Shown: piece by piece, positions 63,981-64,000 of the stretch
How positions within the stretch are numbered: position 1 is the first letter of the stretch
Layout: each line of letters begins with the position of its first letter
DNA from: Eledone cirrhosa
Taxonomy: Eukaryota
Assembly: GCA_964016885.1 (NCBI GenBank)
Contig: OZ024747.1
Span: 23,932,001-23,996,000, forward strand
DNA length: 64,000 nt
Reading direction: 5' to 3'
Translations under genes and position numbers: made by a program
The notes under the pieces: model-generated
Told to the model about the DNA's origin: nothing
Databases searched by the model: none
The model's input: the letters and a program-made list of their open reading frames with translations, nothing else

Positions 63981-64000
63981 TATATATATATATATATATC

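Overview
Eukaryotic (animal) genomic DNA. The (TA)n richness and the SINE/LINE complement suggest a coleoid cephalopod such as Octopus; this is inference. Positions 1-37 kb are repeats: RTE-clade and CR1/L2-group LINE copies in long (TA)n arrays, a 200-N gap, a Penelope-like GIY-YIG remnant, hammerhead-like motifs, an internally deleted Helitron, SINEs and MITEs. From 37.5 kb on the + strand are the 3' exons of a Hedgehog-interacting-protein-like (HHIPL-type, glucose/sorbosone-dehydrogenase beta-propeller) gene. Five small exons splice in frame, with AG/GT boundaries, into one 19.6-kb coding exon (43801-63430). That exon encodes a ~6,540-aa Ser/Thr/Asp/His-rich tail with 11 near-identical ~449-aa tandem units, ending in a short Cys/basic segment with an RSKR furin-type site. 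This HHIPL-plus-giant-repeat-tail architecture is the main candidate novelty. Other points: a strong internal splice donor 71 bp into the giant exon, a PHD finger inside the RTE reverse-transcriptase region, a hidden ~2.5-kb higher-order period in the (TA)n arrays, and paired minimal hammerhead ribozymes in a palindrome.
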